This document shows, one piece after another, positions 34,283-37,167 of a DNA stretch of 37,167 bases (positions are counted from its first letter, which is position 1; each line of letters opens with the position of its first letter). Under the pieces are notes generated by a model. It was not told the origin of the DNA, searched no databases, and saw only the letters and a list, made by a program, of their open reading frames with translations. Made by a program: the position numbers and the translations under genes. The stretch is taken from NCBI GenBank assembly GCA_021796175.1, contig JAJYOM010000001.1:1-37167 (forward strand), given 5' to 3'. The DNA is from Thermoplasmata archaeon (lineage in GTDB: Archaea > Thermoplasmatota > Thermoplasmata > Sysuiplasmatales > Sysuiplasmataceae).

Positions 34283-34290
34283 AATATTAA
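34283..34290 (-). promoter_or_regulatory. TATA-like box (TTAATATT) for ORF 33870-34262
   Basis: Located 21-28 nt upstream of ATG 34262. Confidence 0.35.
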
Positions 34291-34331
34291 CATCATGCAT
34301 ATCGCCGTGACCCACAGGCGTGCAGGGCGGT

Positions 34332-36557
34332 TCAGCCTGATCTTGGGGTAATGCCTGCAAGCTGCTCCTGGGTGAAATGGCAGAGGTACCAGTGGGCACC
34401 ATCGGTCTGAACCGGAGGTGGTGTTACCCTGCACATGTCCTGGGCGTATACACATCTTTCGTAAAACCTGCATCCTTTGGGCACGTTAACCGCATTCCCT
34501 ATATCGCCAACAATCTTCAGTTCCCGTGGATTCCAGTTTGGTGTGGGATTGGGAACCGCGTCGATCAGCGCCCTGGTGTATGGATGATGGGGATACCTGA
34601 CAATATCCTCAGAGCTGCCCATTTCAACTGCGATACCGAGATAGAGGACCACAATCCGGTCAGAAACATATCGTGCGGACGCAATGTCGTGTGTGATATA
34701 AATGATGGTGACACCGAACCTGTTTCTCAGTTCAAGGAGAAGGTTCATAAAGCCGGCGCGGAGGGAAACATCGAGCATGGAAATAGGTTCATCCGCAACA
34801 AGAACCTCGGGCCTCAGCACAAGTGCCCTTGCGGCGGCAACCCTCTGCCTTTCACCCCCGGAAAGTTCGTGCGGATATCTGTACAGGAAATTCTCAGGCG
34901 GGGTAAGCTTGACGCTTGCAAGGGTATCTCTCACCATCATAAGCACCTGCTCAGGGTCTCTGGTGGTCCTGTGGGCAATTATGGGTTCCCTTATAACGTC
35001 AAACACTGTCATCTTCGGGTCAAGAGAATCATAGGGATCCTGGAATATTATCTGCGTCTTCTTCCTCAGCAGTTTGTAATTTCTTTGGCCACGGCGAAGG
35101 GCAGTGACATCCATGTACTCCTCATTTCCAACTGTGATTCCGATCGCATGACCATCCGATTCACTTACACTTTTGCTGAGTTCGTTTGTCCCGACCTTGA
35201 GCTTCACATCACCACCGCTTGATGGTATGAGCGCGATGGCTGTCCTGCCAAAGGTGGTCTTGCCGCTTCCACTTTCTCCGACTATGCCAAGGATCTCAGA
35301 TGTCCTGATATCAAGGGAAACGTGGTCAACAGCCCTTACTATCCTCCGCTGACTTGCCCTGCTGAACAGTCTCCCTGCGAGTGAAGTCCGCAGATCATAG
35401 AATTTGCTCAGATTTTCCACTATCAGCACCTTGTCGTCTGCCGACACCCCAGAACCGAATTGTTCGTCTTTCACTTCCACCTTGCCCCTGCCACCGCTCG
35501 AAATCACTTCCGCTGCGAAGTGGCACTTGCTGAAATGACCCGGTTCCACCTGTGCAAAAGGAGGTTCCTCCCTGCTGCATATCTCCCTCGCAAAGAAGCA
35601 TCTTGGCGCGAAACGGCATCCCGGCGGCGGGTTGATTGGATCCGGCGGCGTGCCGGGGATACCTTTCATGAATATCTTCTCGGAAGCGATCGACGGATAG
35701 CTCTCGAGCGACGCCTTTGTATAAGGGTTGGATGGGCGCAGGTAGATATCCTCAATGCTGCCGCTCTCCATTATCCAGCCTGAATAGAGGACAACCACCC
35801 TGGTCGCAAGCTGGGCAACGACACCTATGTCGTGCGAGATTATCATCATAGAGTTTACACGCTTTATCACTATGTTCTTCAATTCGGTGATTATTCTCGC
35901 CTGGGTAACCACATCCAGACCGGTTGTCGGTTCATCCGCGATCACAAGGGACGGGTTGAGCGCCAGCGCCATTGCAATCACTGCCCTCTGCTTCATTCCC
36001 CCGCTCAGTTCGTGAGGAAATGAATTCAGTATCACAGGATTCAAACCGGCCCTCTTTACGGTCTCGGTGACCTTCTTCCTTATTCTTTCCTCGTCATAGT
36101 CGGTATGTATCCTGTATACCTCCGCTATCTGCTTGTAAATGGTGTATACAGGGTTGAACGCATTCATCGATCCCTGAAATACCATTGAGACATCCTTCCA
36201 CCTTATATTCCTGAGCTTTTCCGAAAGAATCTTCGCCTTCTTCCTCTTCATCTTCAGAAGTGCTTCCCCGGATATGTCCGTAGCCGCGACTGTCTTGCCG
36301 AATAACCTCACCCTCCCTTCCACCTTCCCGTTTTCGGGTATCATCCCCATCAGGGAGAGCGCAAGCGTCGACTTGCCGGAACCGCTCTCACCGATTATGC
36401 CCAGTATCTCCCCGTTTTTCAGTTCCAGGTTTATCCTGTCCAGCGCGTTGAGCTCGCCTCTGAATGTCTTGAACTTCACCGAGAAGTCTTTCACCTCTAG
36501 TATCGTTTCGGTGCCCTTTTGTGCACTGCTCTTTTTCTGAATGAGTTCAGCAGCCAA
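34332..36557 (-). CDS. Fused double-cassette Opp/Dpp-type ABC ATPase (OppD-like + OppF-like halves in one 741-aa polypeptide)
   Basis: Two complete cassettes: GESGSGKSTLA / LSGGMKQRAVIAMA / VIADEPTTGLD and GESGSGKTTFG / LSGGERQRVAAARA / LVADEPISMLD. Each is followed by a Cx5Cx6C...C tail. TTG start 1 nt after the upstream permease stop. Confidence 0.9.
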   Translation of the reverse strand: MAAELIQKKSSAQKGTETILEVKDFSVKFKTFRGELNALDRINLELKNGEILGIIGESGSGKSTLALSLMGMIPENGKVEGRVRLFGKTVAATDISGEALLKMKRKKAKILSEKLRNIRWKDVSMVFQGSMNAFNPVYTIYKQIAEVYRIHTDYDEERIRKKVTETVKRAGLNPVILNSFPHELSGGMKQRAVIAMALALNPSLVIADEPTTGLDVVTQARIITELKNIVIKRVNSMMIISHDIGVVAQLATRVVVLYSGWIMESGSIEDIYLRPSNPYTKASLESYPSIASEKIFMKGIPGTPPDPINPPPGCRFAPRCFFAREICSREEPPFAQVEPGHFSKCHFAAEVISSGGRGKVEVKDEQFGSGVSADDKVLIVENLSKFYDLRTSLAGRLFSRASQRRIVRAVDHVSLDIRTSEILGIVGESGSGKTTFGRTAIALIPSSGGDVKLKVGTNELSKSVSESDGHAIGITVGNEEYMDVTALRRGQRNYKLLRKKTQIIFQDPYDSLDPKMTVFDVIREPIIAHRTTRDPEQVLMMVRDTLASVKLTPPENFLYRYPHELSGGERQRVAAARALVLRPEVLVADEPISMLDVSLRAGFMNLLLELRNRFGVTIIYITHDIASARYVSDRIVVLYLGIAVEMGSSEDIVRYPHHPYTRALIDAVPNPTPNWNPRELKIVGDIGNAVNVPKGCRFYERCVYAQDMCRVTPPPVQTDGAHWYLCHFTQEQLAGITPRSG

Positions 36558-36558
36558 A

Positions 36559-37167
36559 TCATCTACCCCTGAGCCTAGGATTCACAACATCATCCAGACC
36601 TCTGGAAATGAAGACAAATGCAAAGACGAAAGCTGTGAGCGTGACGGTCGGCGGTATAATCCACCACCAGGCCCTTGCAACCAGGAAGAAGTTTGTATAA
36701 AATGGGTTGAGCATTGAACCCCATGTTGCGATGTTTAGCGGCCCTATGCCAAGGACCTGTAAGCCGGAAATGCCGCCGACAGCAGCACCAATGCCAAGTG
36801 CAGACAGATAAGCCAGAAGCGGCGTCATGTTCGCCAGCATATGCCGTCGCAGAATCTGCATTGTGCCGGCGCCTGACGCCCTGGCGGCCTCAATGAAAGT
36901 CCTGGATCGGATAGACTTGACAACACCTATGAGGGTGAAAGTTGTAAACGGCCATCCGACTATTATGAAAACGAGCACTATGTTCAGTATGGACTTGCTG
37001 CCCAGTATTGTTGCCATGACAATAATAAGAGGAATAGTGGGTATCAGGAAAATGATTAGGGAAAGAGTTTCCAGAGTCACACCGACAAATCCCCCCAGAT
37101 ATCCAACTAACATGGCTACCAGAACAGAAATCAGTATTGTCCCGAGTGCCACCAGTGTGCTTGTTTC
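36559..37167 (-). CDS. Opp/Dpp-type ABC transporter permease (OppC-like), 5' end outside window
   Basis: The frame is open to the window edge. EAA-like loop FIEAARASGAGTMQILRRHMLANM, C-terminal DDVVNPRLRGR. Confidence 0.85.
   Translation of the reverse strand, partial: ETSTLVALGTILISVLVAMLVGYLGGFVGVTLETLSLIIFLIPTIPLIIVMATILGSKSILNIVLVFIIVGWPFTTFTLIGVVKSIRSRTFIEAARASGAGTMQILRRHMLANMTPLLAYLSALGIGAAVGGISGLQVLGIGPLNIATWGSMLNPFYTNFFLVARAWWWIIPPTVTLTAFVFAFVFISRGLDDVVNPRLRGR

Noticed and set aside
1-37167. Search by eye for tRNA (T-loop GGTTCGAATCC-like), rRNA, CRISPR repeats, IS inverted repeats, integrase/transposase ORFs, and toxin-antitoxin pairs.
   Set aside because: I recognised none. The window looks like core chromosome rather than a mobile or defence island, though Infernal, tRNAscan or CRISPR tools would be needed for certainty.

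Overview
Gene-dense (~90% coding) 37.2-kb segment that looks chromosomal and almost certainly archaeal. It fits best with an aerobic, peptide-scavenging member of the Thermoplasmata. Three things support this: a full-length tricorn protease collinear with the Thermoplasma acidophilum enzyme as I remember it; A/T-rich TATA-like boxes 21-31 nt upstream of many start codons; and a solute-binding protein with a Ser/Thr linker plus C-terminal TM anchor. Gene order: (1) 3' end of an ornithine cyclodeaminase/mu-crystallin gene; (2) a translationally coupled AddB-like/AddA-like helicase-nuclease pair; (3) two convergent ABC-2-type exporter operons, one behind a PadR regulator; (4) a small membrane protein; (5) a degenerate receiver-domain protein plus a class I/II aminotransferase; (6) two tail-to-tail, 3'-overlapping half-size CtaA/COX15-like genes; (7) a TbADH-type Zn alcohol dehydrogenase; (8) tricorn protease; (9) an ABM-like small protein; (10) an ICL/PEP-mutase-family enzyme; (11) a polytopic membrane protein; (12) a ~630-bp gene-poor gap; (13) a 59-aa DUF1059-type ORF absent from the supplied ORF track; (14) a Rieske-cytochrome b operon trailed by three tiny membrane ORFs; (15) an M20 amidohydrolase; (16) a complete Opp/Dpp-type peptide ABC importer; (17) a ~740-bp gene-poor gap; (18) two convergent unknown membrane proteins; (19) the distal end of a second Opp-type importer with a fused double ATPase. 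I recognised no rRNA, tRNA, CRISPR array, transposase or integrase. The best candidates for something undescribed are three: the bacterial-style AddAB-like pair with Cys4 signatures in both subunits; the Rieske/cyt b operon with three unannotated mini-subunits; and the split, overlapping CtaA-like pair. All calls come from reading the sequence and remembered family motifs. No searches were run, and motif coordinates were hand-indexed.
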